A stretch of 64,000 nucleotides of DNA, taken from NCBI GenBank assembly GCA_902793405.1, contig CADBDH010000007.1, forward strand, positions 5,712 to 69,711, given 5' to 3'. The position numbers were made by a program, and so were the translations under genes. Under the pieces are notes generated by a model. The model did not search any database. It saw only the letters and a program-made list of their open reading frames with translations, and was not told the DNA's origin. Below, piece by piece: positions 46,467-55,452 of the stretch. The number at the start of each line of letters is the position of its first letter. The first letter of the stretch is position 1. Source of the DNA: an uncultured Bacteroidales bacterium. Lineage in GTDB: Bacteria; Bacteroidota; Bacteroidia; Bacteroidales; Muribaculaceae.

Positions 46467-47667
46467 GAGACGCGTACTCCTGGTCAATAAGTTCTATTAT
46501 CCGCGGGGCGGCGACTGTGTCGTCGTCCTCAATACCGAAGCGCTGCTCCGTGACAACGGGGTGGACGCCCAGGTGTTTGCCATGGAGTACCCCGACAACC
46601 TGCCGGCCCGTTACAGCGAGCAGTTTGCCAGCGAGGTGGCCTTTGGCGGTGGAGTGGGCAACCTGTTGCGTGCTTTGGGACGCACTATGGGCATGGGCGA
46701 CGTGCGCAGCCGTTTCGAGGCCGTGCTCGACGATTTCAAGCCCGACGTCGTTCACCTGCACAACATCCACAGCTATCTCTCGCCCGTGGTGGGCGAGTTG
46801 GCCCGCAAGCGCGGCATCCGCGTGGTGTGGACCTTGCACGACTACAAGCTGCTGTGTCCCCGCTACGACTGCCTGCTCGACGGCAAGCCCTGCGAACTGT
46901 GCTACAAGGGCGCTAAGTGCAACGTGCTGTCGCACAGGTGCATGAAGGGCTCGTTGCCCGCGAGTGCCGTGGCATGGCTCGAGGCGACGAAATGGAACCG
47001 CAGGCGCTTGGAAAAGATTACCGACCTGTTCGTCTGCCCCAGTGAGTTCATGGCGGCCCAGATGAAGTCCGGTGGCTTTGATTCCTCACGCCTCAAGGTG
47101 CTCAACAACTTCCTCGACCCAGTCAAGTACAAGCAGTATCAGAGTCTGGACAGCACGGCCCCGCGCGAGGACTACTATTGCTTTGTGGGGCGCTTGTCCC
47201 ACGAGAAGGGCGTTGCCGACCTGCTCGAGGTGGCCGCCCGCCTGCCTTACCGGCTCAAGGTAGCCGGCGGCGGTCCGCTGGCCGATGAACTGCGTGGCAA
47301 GTATGGCTCTTGCGGGAATATCGAATTCCTGGGGATGCTCGACGCGCACGCGGTCGCTCGGCTGCTGTCTGGAGCGCGATTGAGCGTCATTCCGTCGCAG
47401 TGGTACGAGAACAACCCCTTGAGCGTGGTCGAGTCGCTGTGTGCAGGCACTCCGGTTGCCGGATCGCAGATGGGCGGCATCCCCGAACTCATCGACAGCG
47501 AGAACGGCGTCACCTTCCAGGCCTTTGACATGGAGGCCATGGCCACGGCCATCACCATGTCGATGACCCGCCAGTGGAACCATGCCGATATTGCCCGCCA
47601 TGCGATGCAGCGTTTCAGTCCCGAGGGCCACTTGAGGGCGCTGATGAACGATATTTACGCTTTTTAA
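46465..47667 (+). CDS. GT4 glycosyltransferase with a six-Cys insertion
   Basis: VHLHNI, TLHDY, FVGRLSHEKG and PSQWYENNPLSVVES. Cys cluster at 46855-46941. Confidence 0.9.
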   Translation: MRRVLLVNKFYYPRGGDCVVVLNTEALLRDNGVDAQVFAMEYPDNLPARYSEQFASEVAFGGGVGNLLRALGRTMGMGDVRSRFEAVLDDFKPDVVHLHNIHSYLSPVVGELARKRGIRVVWTLHDYKLLCPRYDCLLDGKPCELCYKGAKCNVLSHRCMKGSLPASAVAWLEATKWNRRRLEKITDLFVCPSEFMAAQMKSGGFDSSRLKVLNNFLDPVKYKQYQSLDSTAPREDYYCFVGRLSHEKGVADLLEVAARLPYRLKVAGGGPLADELRGKYGSCGNIEFLGMLDAHAVARLLSGARLSVIPSQWYENNPLSVVESLCAGTPVAGSQMGGIPELIDSENGVTFQAFDMEAMATAITMSMTRQWNHADIARHAMQRFSPEGHLRALMNDIYAF

Positions 47668-47754
47668 TCTCTCCCTTCCGTTTTTTTATTACCTTTGCAC
47701 AATATTTTACAAATATTGTAGTTAAAATATTGTAAGATCTTATTGACGATAGCA

Positions 47755-48762
47755 ATGAAGAATGTGATTCAGGGCAGTCTGATTACGACTTTCAGGTGCA
47801 ATGCGCAGTGCAACATGTGCAACATCTGGAAATTCCAGACCCACCCGAGCGAAGAAATAGACGCCTCCTACTATGAGAAACTGCCCGCGGGGTTGCGCAT
47901 CAACATCACGGGCGGCGAACCGACATTGCGTCCCGACATCGACAAGATTTTCGAAATCCTCTATCCCAAATCACGACTTCTCGAACTCAGCACCAACGGT
48001 TACAATACCCAAAAAATCGTTGAGCTGGCCAATAAATATCCCAACATCCTCATCCGCGTGAGCGTCGAGGGCCTGCCCAAGATAAACGATGCCAAGCGTG
48101 GCCTCAAGGACGGCTTTGACCACGCCCTGCGCACGATGCTGGAACTCAAGAAGACCAAGTGCAAGAACATCGGCTTCTCGGTGGTTATTTCGCCCGACAA
48201 CTACAAGGACTTGCTGCACCTCTACGACCTGTGCGTGGCACTGGACGTGGAGCTGGGCAACAGTGCGGTGCACAACTCATGGTACTTCCACAAGGAGGAC
48301 AACCAGATCGAGAGCGAGGAGGCACTGCGTCAGCATGAGCTCTTCGTCAAGGCCTTGCTCACCAGCAAGCGCCGTCACTTCAAGGACCGCCTCAAGGACT
48401 ATGGCCGTGCCTACTTCAACCGCTCGATTCACCGCCGCCTGCGTGGCGACACCGACGAGTACCGTCCGCCCTGCGGCGCCCTGAGCGACTTCTTCTTTAT
48501 CGACCCGTGGGGCAACGTCACCCCGTGCAACGGCAGCGGCGAGGAGTGGATCATCGGCAATATCAAGGAAGATACCCTCGAGAACATCATGGCCAGCGAC
48601 AAGGCTCGCGAGGCGATGGAGAAGGTGCGCAGCTGCAAGCGCAACTGCACCTTTATCGTCACCGAGCGTCACGACATGGTGCGCCGTCCCTGGATTCCCA
48701 TCATGTGGGTGCTCAAGAACAAATGGCGCATCCGCAAGGGCCAGGACCTCTGCTGGGATTGA
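47755..48762 (+). CDS. Radical SAM protein with SPASM/Twitch auxiliary domain
   Basis: CNAQCNMC (CxxxCxxC), ITGGEP, STNG, SVEG and C-terminal C...GNVTPC...IGNI...CKRNC. Own -7 box at 47690-47697. ATG at 47755. Confidence 0.92.
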   Translation: MKNVIQGSLITTFRCNAQCNMCNIWKFQTHPSEEIDASYYEKLPAGLRINITGGEPTLRPDIDKIFEILYPKSRLLELSTNGYNTQKIVELANKYPNILIRVSVEGLPKINDAKRGLKDGFDHALRTMLELKKTKCKNIGFSVVISPDNYKDLLHLYDLCVALDVELGNSAVHNSWYFHKEDNQIESEEALRQHELFVKALLTSKRRHFKDRLKDYGRAYFNRSIHRRLRGDTDEYRPPCGALSDFFFIDPWGNVTPCNGSGEEWIIGNIKEDTLENIMASDKAREAMEKVRSCKRNCTFIVTERHDMVRRPWIPIMWVLKNKWRIRKGQDLCWD

Positions 48763-48766
48763 GGGG

Positions 48767-48931
48767 AGTTAGAAGTTAGGAGTTAGGAATTAGGAGTTAG
48801 AAGTTAGGAGTTAGAAGTTAGGAGTTAGGAGTTAGGAGTTGGCATTTGTCAACAACTAGGGACTAGAAACTAAAAACTAAGAACTAGAAACTAGGGACTA
48901 GGGACTAGAAACTAAGGACTAAAAACTAAAA
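48767..48931. repeat. Two adjacent heptamer arrays (AGTTAGR x10, then ACTARNN x11)
   Basis: 48767-48836 AGTTAGA/AGTTAGG units, then 48855-48931 ACTAGGG/ACTAGAA/ACTAAAA/ACTAAGA/ACTAAGG units ending 4 nt before ATG 48936. Confidence 0.95.
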
Positions 48932-48935
48932 ACTT

Positions 48936-50000
48936 ATGAAAACGATAGCGGTCATCGGCACGCGCGGTTTCCCTGGTATTCAGGGCGGTGTCGAGGCTCA
49001 CAGCTATCACCTCTATACACACATGGACGATGTGCACGTCAGGCTCTATCGCCGTCGTGCCTATCTCACTGAGCAATCGGCTCAGACTTTCCCCAATATC
49101 GAATATGTTGACCTGCCCTCGACCCGCATCAAGGGCTTTGAGGCCGTGTGGCACACCCTGCTGAGCGTGGTGCACATCCTCTGCCACCGTCCCGACGTGG
49201 TGCACATCCACAACATCGGGCCCGGCATGTTTGCACCGCTCATTCGCCTCATGGGACTGCCTGTGGTGCTTACCTATCACAGCCCCAACTACGAACACGA
49301 CAAGTGGAGCGCCCCCGCCCGCTGGCTGCTGCGTCAGTGCGAGAAACTCTCTCTCCGCTTCAGCAACCGCGTCATCTTCGTCAATAAGTATCAGATGGAG
49401 AAGTGCGGGGCCCTCGACAAGAGCGTTTTCATCCCCAACGGCATCGACCCCGTTACCCGCAGCGAGTCCGCAGCGTTTCTTGACAAGCACGGCATCAAAC
49501 ACCGAGAATATCTCCTGGCCGTGGGGCGCCTCACACCCGAGAAAGGCCTGGAATACCTCGTCGAGGCTGCCAACCGCCTGCCGCAGGTCACCCAGGTGGT
49601 CATCGCCGGTGCCAGCGACCACGACAGCGCCTACCGCAAGACGCTGGAGCAGCTGGATGTCAATCACAAGGTCATTTTCACGGGATTTACCACTGGCGAG
49701 GACCTGCGCCAGATCTATAGCCATGCCCGATGCTTTGTCCTGCCGTCGGTCAACGAGGGCTTCCCGATGGTGCTGCTCGAGGCCATGGCCTATGGCCTGC
49801 CCATCCTGTGCAGCGACATCCCCGGCACCCGCCAGGTCGATCTGCCCGAACGAGACTATTTCAAAGTAAAAGATGTGGATTCACTGTGCGCAGCGATTTC
49901 CCGCCTGCTCGAGGGCCCCAACGAGCCTCAACGCTACGACCTCACGTCCTATAATTGGGACACAATCGCCCAACAAACCCTCCGCTGCCTCGACTTCTGA
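48936..50000 (+). CDS. GT4 glycosyltransferase
   Basis: IGTRGFPGIQGGVE, LAVGRLTPEKG and LPSVNEGFPMVLLEAMAYG. Confidence 0.92.
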   Translation: MKTIAVIGTRGFPGIQGGVEAHSYHLYTHMDDVHVRLYRRRAYLTEQSAQTFPNIEYVDLPSTRIKGFEAVWHTLLSVVHILCHRPDVVHIHNIGPGMFAPLIRLMGLPVVLTYHSPNYEHDKWSAPARWLLRQCEKLSLRFSNRVIFVNKYQMEKCGALDKSVFIPNGIDPVTRSESAAFLDKHGIKHREYLLAVGRLTPEKGLEYLVEAANRLPQVTQVVIAGASDHDSAYRKTLEQLDVNHKVIFTGFTTGEDLRQIYSHARCFVLPSVNEGFPMVLLEAMAYGLPILCSDIPGTRQVDLPERDYFKVKDVDSLCAAISRLLEGPNEPQRYDLTSYNWDTIAQQTLRCLDF

Positions 50001-50005
50001 TAACG

Positions 50006-51472
50006 TTAAGGTGCCTCCGTTCCCCACTGCGACTGCAGCCATTCGATTTTTGGGTATAAACAAAGATTGCGGGTAAAATTGATTCTTGCCTTGATATTGT
50101 CGCATTCCGACTTGGGCCAGCGGTTATAGTCACAGTTGCCAGCAGCCTCTATTTTATCACCAAACTCATCCAGGAAATGGTCTAATTGGGGATAGATGTC
50201 AGTGTAGAATCTTTTCCAATGATTACGCACGCACTCCTGAAATCGCGGAAACTTGGCAATTTCGGCAATCCAATGCAAATGGAGGTTACTAGGTGCCTCG
50301 TCATAGATGAAATGGTCGAATTCATAGCTGGACGAGTATCGGGAAAAGCAACTGCCAAAGTCCCAAAGGGGACCAAATATCAGTTTTGTGCTGTCACCGC
50401 GCTCTTTGTGCAGGAAGCAACTACCGTGGAATCCCTCAGTATCGTCCATAATCTCCTGAATAATATAGAAAATGGCGAGTGAGTCGATATCTATATAAAG
50501 TTCCCATTCGGTACTGCTCTTGTCTTCACAATAGATGGCACTGTCGGTCTGTATGAGGAAATCGGTCATATAAGTTCGTTGAACATCGCTCAGCACCTCA
50601 GGTGATTGGGGTGTTACCCAGAAAGCCCAGCCGTTGCCTTCGGTGAACGATATCTGGTCAGGTTCATAATAGTTGTCGATTTCCATCAGCCAGCCGCCCG
50701 TTATTTTTTGGGGATCGGTCTCGTTGTCTTTCTGCTTGATGATGTTGACACGGTTCTTATCGACACAGATTTTCTCGGTCAAGTGATACAGGCCGATGTA
50801 TTGTCCGTTAAGCACCACTTCGACAGGGACTTGACGGGGATTCCAGGCCATTCCCATTCTGCGGCCGATCTCAAAGGGTAATGCGTTATTGAATTGCCCA
50901 ATCCAGAAATCAGCGCCACTAATCAACACCCAGTGTCGGCTTGACGGCATTCCCAGCATAGGGCGAGCCTGGGGAAGCTTGAGCCGAAATGGTTTCTTGT
51001 CGTGATGTGTCCACGTGTAATTGCCACGGCCCTTAATCTGCATTTCCAGTGGCTGGGCGGCAGATCCGATAGGCTCATATTCCTCAATGCCCATATTATC
51101 GAGCCACCATTCGGCGAAGAGGTACTCCTCCTTGCTGTCGATGTTGCGGTGTCCCTCGGTGTTGATATAAAGAACGGGAAGGGTCCCCGAATAGGATGGC
51201 ATAGCTGGTAATTCCTTGCCATGTATGGCATCAATAATCATATTGATGTCGGCAATATTGATTTCCTTGTCCCCGTTGACGTCGGTGGCATAGCTATAAA
51301 ATGAATGATACTTGGCATCGCTGTAAATCGAGTCTAACAACGCATTGACATCTGCAATATTGACTTCCCAGTCGCAGTTCAAGTCGCCACGCGGCCTGAG
51401 CCCTGACTGGGCATGTGCCGTCAGGCATGAAAATGCCATGTAAAGGATGAATATAGTAAGAATTTTTTTCAT
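50006..51472 (-). CDS. Secreted CotH-family kinase with N-terminal dockerin-like module
   Basis: Signal peptide, DLNCDWEVNIAD/DVNGDKEINIAD, then IKGRGNYTW, KKPFRLKL, VVLNGQYIGLYHLTE and GPLWDFG. Confidence 0.88.
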   Translation of the reverse strand: MKKILTIFILYMAFSCLTAHAQSGLRPRGDLNCDWEVNIADVNALLDSIYSDAKYHSFYSYATDVNGDKEINIADINMIIDAIHGKELPAMPSYSGTLPVLYINTEGHRNIDSKEEYLFAEWWLDNMGIEEYEPIGSAAQPLEMQIKGRGNYTWTHHDKKPFRLKLPQARPMLGMPSSRHWVLISGADFWIGQFNNALPFEIGRRMGMAWNPRQVPVEVVLNGQYIGLYHLTEKICVDKNRVNIIKQKDNETDPQKITGGWLMEIDNYYEPDQISFTEGNGWAFWVTPQSPEVLSDVQRTYMTDFLIQTDSAIYCEDKSSTEWELYIDIDSLAIFYIIQEIMDDTEGFHGSCFLHKERGDSTKLIFGPLWDFGSCFSRYSSSYEFDHFIYDEAPSNLHLHWIAEIAKFPRFQECVRNHWKRFYTDIYPQLDHFLDEFGDKIEAAGNCDYNRWPKSECDNIKARINFTRNLCLYPKIEWLQSQWGTEAP

Positions 51473-51542
51473 GATAATGAGCTTTTCCGTTACACTAATA
51501 TAACGAAAAATAGGTTGATTTATTGCCGCAATTCAATTTAAA

Positions 51543-51612
51543 TCACTCCTAACTCCTCACTCCTAACTCCTCACTCCTAACTCCTCACTTCTAACTTCTC
51601 ACTTCTAACTCT
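51543..51612. repeat. Heptamer array x10 with strict TCACTYC/TAACTYY alternation (14-bp super-period)
   Basis: TCACTCC TAACTCC x3, then TCACTTC TAACTTC TCACTTC TAACTCT. Contains the stop codon of the upstream GT4. Confidence 0.92.
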
Positions 51613-52699
51613 TGACTCCCAGCATTTTGCGGGCACAGGCCACGTTGGTCAGTTCTTTGCCCTCCTTGACACATGCAGCATGCATCTTGTCGTAGTTGTT
51701 GATGACCTCAATCAAGTCATTCTCGTCCCAGTTGTCGCGCACGACGCCCAGCCCGTTGGCAGCGATGAACGATGCCGTTGAGGGTTTCGTATTGGTCACG
51801 ACGGGAGTGCCGCTGGTGATGGCCTCGGCAATGGTGACCATGTTCAGGTCATTACTGGTATCCACCAGCAGCGCCAGCGCGTGCCTGAGGGGCTCGGCTA
51901 GTCGTTCATGTGACAGGAAACCGTGGAACACCACATTTTTTTCAATACCCAACTTGGATGCCATCTGTTTTAATTCTTGCATCTGGTCGCCGTCCCCAAT
52001 GATGTCCAGGCGGTAATTATGATAAGGCTCTTGACTCACGAGACGGGCAAACTTAGTGATGATGCTGTCCACATTTTTGCGCTTGACCAGTTGAGAGACG
52101 ACAATGAAGGCATTTTCCACATGGTCGCTGGGGTAGAGTGTGTGGGCATCGGTGCCATGGTCCACAATCACGTCGCTCACGTGACGGCTGTAGCGGCTCA
52201 TGAAACGCTTGGCGGGCTCGCTGCGCGGCACGATGGTCACCTGTCCCATGAACGTCGGGACAATGACATTGTGCCAGAACTTGGACGGCAGTTTGAACAA
52301 CAGGCGCTGATGGCGATCCATCTCTTGCCAGATGAGCAACTTGGACTTGCAGACACCGGCGGCGATGAGGGTGGCAATCTGGAACGATTCGCTCGCAATC
52401 ACCAGGTCATATTCGGTCGAGTGCTGCTTGAGCCAGGCGCGCATTCCCCTGGGCCAGGGCAGCAGGGTTGGTTTGAACACTTGCGGCAACCGGGAGGGGA
52501 AATAAACGACTTCGAAGGGTAATTGCTCATCTTTGCCTGTGGGCATGAACTCCTGCGACGCCAGCAACGTCACCTCATGGCCCAACTCGATAAAACCGCG
52601 CGCAAAGGTGCTGATCATGCAATCGCTGATGGATTCCTTGCGCTTGATGATGCCATGCTCGGCGGTCGAGAGTATGCAGTTAATGATGAGTACCTTCAT
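51605..52699 (-). CDS. GT4 glycosyltransferase
   Basis: VVSQLVKRKNVD, DIIGDG, VVFHGFL and MVTIAEAITSGTPVV. Start reassigned to ATG 52699, with a -7 box at 52721-52728 on the minus strand. Confidence 0.85.
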   Translation of the reverse strand: MKVLIINCILSTAEHGIIKRKESISDCMISTFARGFIELGHEVTLLASQEFMPTGKDEQLPFEVVYFPSRLPQVFKPTLLPWPRGMRAWLKQHSTEYDLVIASESFQIATLIAAGVCKSKLLIWQEMDRHQRLLFKLPSKFWHNVIVPTFMGQVTIVPRSEPAKRFMSRYSRHVSDVIVDHGTDAHTLYPSDHVENAFIVVSQLVKRKNVDSIITKFARLVSQEPYHNYRLDIIGDGDQMQELKQMASKLGIEKNVVFHGFLSHERLAEPLRHALALLVDTSNDLNMVTIAEAITSGTPVVTNTKPSTASFIAANGLGVVRDNWDENDLIEVINNYDKMHAACVKEGKELTNVACARKMLGVKS

Positions 52700-52769
52700 T
52701 TTATGGTCGCTTTGCGGCCCCAAAATTATAAATAATGTTGTATCTTTGCAAACAATAATCAGTAGAATC

Positions 52770-53717
52770 ATGTCACAATTGGTCTCTATCATTATCCCTG
52801 CCTATAATGCTGCTCCTTTTCTGGAACGCAGTGTGGCAAGCGCTTTGGCACAGACTTATCAGGATATTGAGGTCGTGATTGTGGACGATGGTTCGACCGA
52901 TGGCACCAGCGCCCTTGCCGATGAGCTGACTGCCCAAGACGAACGGGTGAGGGCCGTCCATCAGGAGAATCTGGGGCCAGCTGAAGCCCGCCATAACGGG
53001 TTCAAGGCTGCAACGGGTGACTTTATTGCGTATCTGGATGCCGATGATGAACTATTGCCTGACGCCATAACTTTCTTGTACGATAAGTGTGAAACCAATC
53101 AGTTGGATTTGGCCTATGGTTCATTTGTTAAGGTAAGAGAAGAGGAAAGTTATGAAGTTCCTCATCCTTTTGAAGGAGTGTTGACGGGTGATGAATATCT
53201 GCATTTTCTGTTCGATCGTCGCTGCATGTGTGCCTCATGGGGCAACTTGGGCCGTCGCGAGATGTATCGTGAAGAAGTTTTTCCGCCTAAAGATCAAGTG
53301 TTCCCAAATGAGGATGTTTATATGAACATTTGCATGAGTGCCTATGTTAACCGAGTCGGGATTTATAATAAGCCGGTCGTGAAGTATTATTATGTGCCAA
53401 CATCCTTGACGGTCACTAGCCGCCATCTGACTAGTCAGACTAACTGGGAACGATTTTTCACGTTGGTGGAAAATAACCTGCAGTCTCGGGGCAAACTGGA
53501 CGACCTGGAGAGGGAATTGCTGTGCATGAAACTGGACAGGCTTGCTTTTTATGTTTATCCGCTCGACACGAGCCATCGGTGGGTCAATAAGACCATCAAC
53601 GACCGCCGCTACAAACTGCCGCGCCGGGCCGCCGTCCTGCAACTGCTGCTGCATTACCCCAGGTTGTGCCACTGGTGTGTGGTCAATAACCGCAGGCTGA
53701 AGAAATTGTTCAAATAG
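52770..53717 (+). CDS. GT2 glycosyltransferase
   Basis: VSIIIPAYN, VDDGSTD, ARHNG and YLDADD. Start at ATG 52770, with a -7 box at 52741-52748. Confidence 0.92.
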   Translation: MSQLVSIIIPAYNAAPFLERSVASALAQTYQDIEVVIVDDGSTDGTSALADELTAQDERVRAVHQENLGPAEARHNGFKAATGDFIAYLDADDELLPDAITFLYDKCETNQLDLAYGSFVKVREEESYEVPHPFEGVLTGDEYLHFLFDRRCMCASWGNLGRREMYREEVFPPKDQVFPNEDVYMNICMSAYVNRVGIYNKPVVKYYYVPTSLTVTSRHLTSQTNWERFFTLVENNLQSRGKLDDLERELLCMKLDRLAFYVYPLDTSHRWVNKTINDRRYKLPRRAAVLQLLLHYPRLCHWCVVNNRRLKKLFK

Positions 53718-53732
53718 CCTTTTCTCGACCGG

Positions 53733-55424
53733 TTACCGCGGGTAGAACGAATTGGACTTGACTTTGCGTTTGCGCACATTGGAGATGTGCTTCAGCATGT
53801 CGTTTTGGCTGTTCACGCCACGGAACTCATTTCCCCTGATTTCCAGTTTCTCAAACCTCATGGATGACGTGGAGGCATTGCCGTAATGCGCCATGAATTG
53901 GCCATTTCTCGTCGAGACGGTTACCTTGTTGTTGTTGAAGATGACATTTCCCTTGCTGGCAAAGTCTTCCAGGAAGAAGTAGTCATGGTTACAGTCGAAG
54001 GTGTTGTTCCTGAAATCAAGGTTGAGCCAGTCGATTTTCTTGCAATAGATGGATGTGCGCCCTTGGAAATAATTGTTGAAAGCGGTCAGCGAGAACTGGC
54101 CGATGCCATTACCCGACTCAAGGGTGGCAATGCGTGCCAGGCCCTTGCACACGTTGTTGCGCAGGGTCACTGTGCCGCCTTCCTTGCCACACCACAGCAG
54201 ATTGACGCCATAGGCCTTCCTGTTGGGGCCGGTGGTGATGAGGTTGTTGACCTTGTTGCCGTCGAGCAGCACGTTGCCGCTGCGCACGAGCAGGAATGTG
54301 TAGCCCGATCCGTTGTACGGGTTCATGATGGCATATTTGTTGGTCATCGTGTTGTTTCTCACGACGATGGTGTCTTGCTGGGTTGACAGGTCCCACACGT
54401 CGATATCCATGCGGTAGAATGTTTCGCCCGACTTGACATTGTTGCTGATGAATTCGTTGTCATGGATGACAAAGTCGCTGTGCCGGTCTTTGGTGTCAAA
54501 CTGGAAATGGATGATGCGCTTGCACAGGTCGTTGACGTAGAACTTGTTGCGGGCCAGTTCAAAGCCTCGCATGTCACAGCTGTATTCTGGGTAGTGATCG
54601 GACGTGAGCACCGAGAATATCATATCGTTGAACATGCCGTCGATGAGCTTGTCATTGTGCTGGTAGTAGAACTCATTGTCGGTGACTCTGATATTGGTGC
54701 GGCTGATGTTGCCAGGGGCGCTATTTTTGGCATTGATGGTTTTTGAGAAAAAAGCAACCGCCTCGTCATTACCGTATTTATAGAACTTGTTGTTGCGAAT
54801 GGTGATGTTGTGCATCTCGCCGCGCAGCCACAGGTTGCCACCCGTCGCGCAGTTGTTGTAGTTGCTGATGACGCAATTCTCGACGGTAACATTGGAGCAC
54901 ACGCGCAGGTCAAAGTTGGTGATTTTGGCATTGAGCATGGTGCTCTTCACGTTGCGGAGGTCAACTTTGTTGGCGTGATAGATTTTCACAGCATGGAATT
55001 CTGAGTTTTCCCACCATATCCCCTGATGTTCCATCAGATTGATGCTCAAATCGCGAATAGTGACCGAAATCGAGTTGGTGGGTGTGCCGGCAATCGTGAT
55101 GAAGGCGTCACTGTTCAGTTTCTTCTGTGACTCGTTTTTCTTGAGCAGGACAATCGTGTTATCGGCGCCGGTGCCGGTCATGGTGACGCTGCACTTGCCG
55201 ATGATGACATCGTCAAGGATATAGGTGCCCGGTTGGTCGAAATTAATGGCGAACGTGTCGTCATAGGTGAGACGTTGTATCTGGTTGTTCAGCGCTGTGG
55301 CAAGGTTCGAGCCCTTTGCTATGGAACTGACATTAAATGTAACGGTGCGCGCTTGTAGGGCCGTACTCGCAACCAGCAGCGTCGCTACCAATAGAAGATT
55401 CCTGATAAAGCCTTGATGTCTCAT
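53733..55424 (-). CDS. Secreted right-handed beta-helix (pectin lyase-fold) protein
   Basis: Signal peptide and many Asn-rich (V/I)x(D/N)N turns (ITIRNNKF, IRVTDNEF, VVRNNT, LLDGN, FRNNTF). ATG at 55424. Confidence 0.7.
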   Translation of the reverse strand: MRHQGFIRNLLLVATLLVASTALQARTVTFNVSSIAKGSNLATALNNQIQRLTYDDTFAINFDQPGTYILDDVIIGKCSVTMTGTGADNTIVLLKKNESQKKLNSDAFITIAGTPTNSISVTIRDLSINLMEHQGIWWENSEFHAVKIYHANKVDLRNVKSTMLNAKITNFDLRVCSNVTVENCVISNYNNCATGGNLWLRGEMHNITIRNNKFYKYGNDEAVAFFSKTINAKNSAPGNISRTNIRVTDNEFYYQHNDKLIDGMFNDMIFSVLTSDHYPEYSCDMRGFELARNKFYVNDLCKRIIHFQFDTKDRHSDFVIHDNEFISNNVKSGETFYRMDIDVWDLSTQQDTIVVRNNTMTNKYAIMNPYNGSGYTFLLVRSGNVLLDGNKVNNLITTGPNRKAYGVNLLWCGKEGGTVTLRNNVCKGLARIATLESGNGIGQFSLTAFNNYFQGRTSIYCKKIDWLNLDFRNNTFDCNHDYFFLEDFASKGNVIFNNNKVTVSTRNGQFMAHYGNASTSSMRFEKLEIRGNEFRGVNSQNDMLKHISNVRKRKVKSNSFYPR

Positions 55425-55452
55425 ATCTATGTAGTGATTCGGGATTATACGG

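Noticed and set aside
47755-48762. RiPP (ranthipeptide/sactipeptide) cluster
   Set aside because: No short precursor ORF, peptidase or transporter is adjacent, and the context is purely glycosyltransferases.
48767-48931. Possible CRISPR array
   Set aside because: Units are 7 bp and contiguous with no unique spacers, and no cas genes are present.
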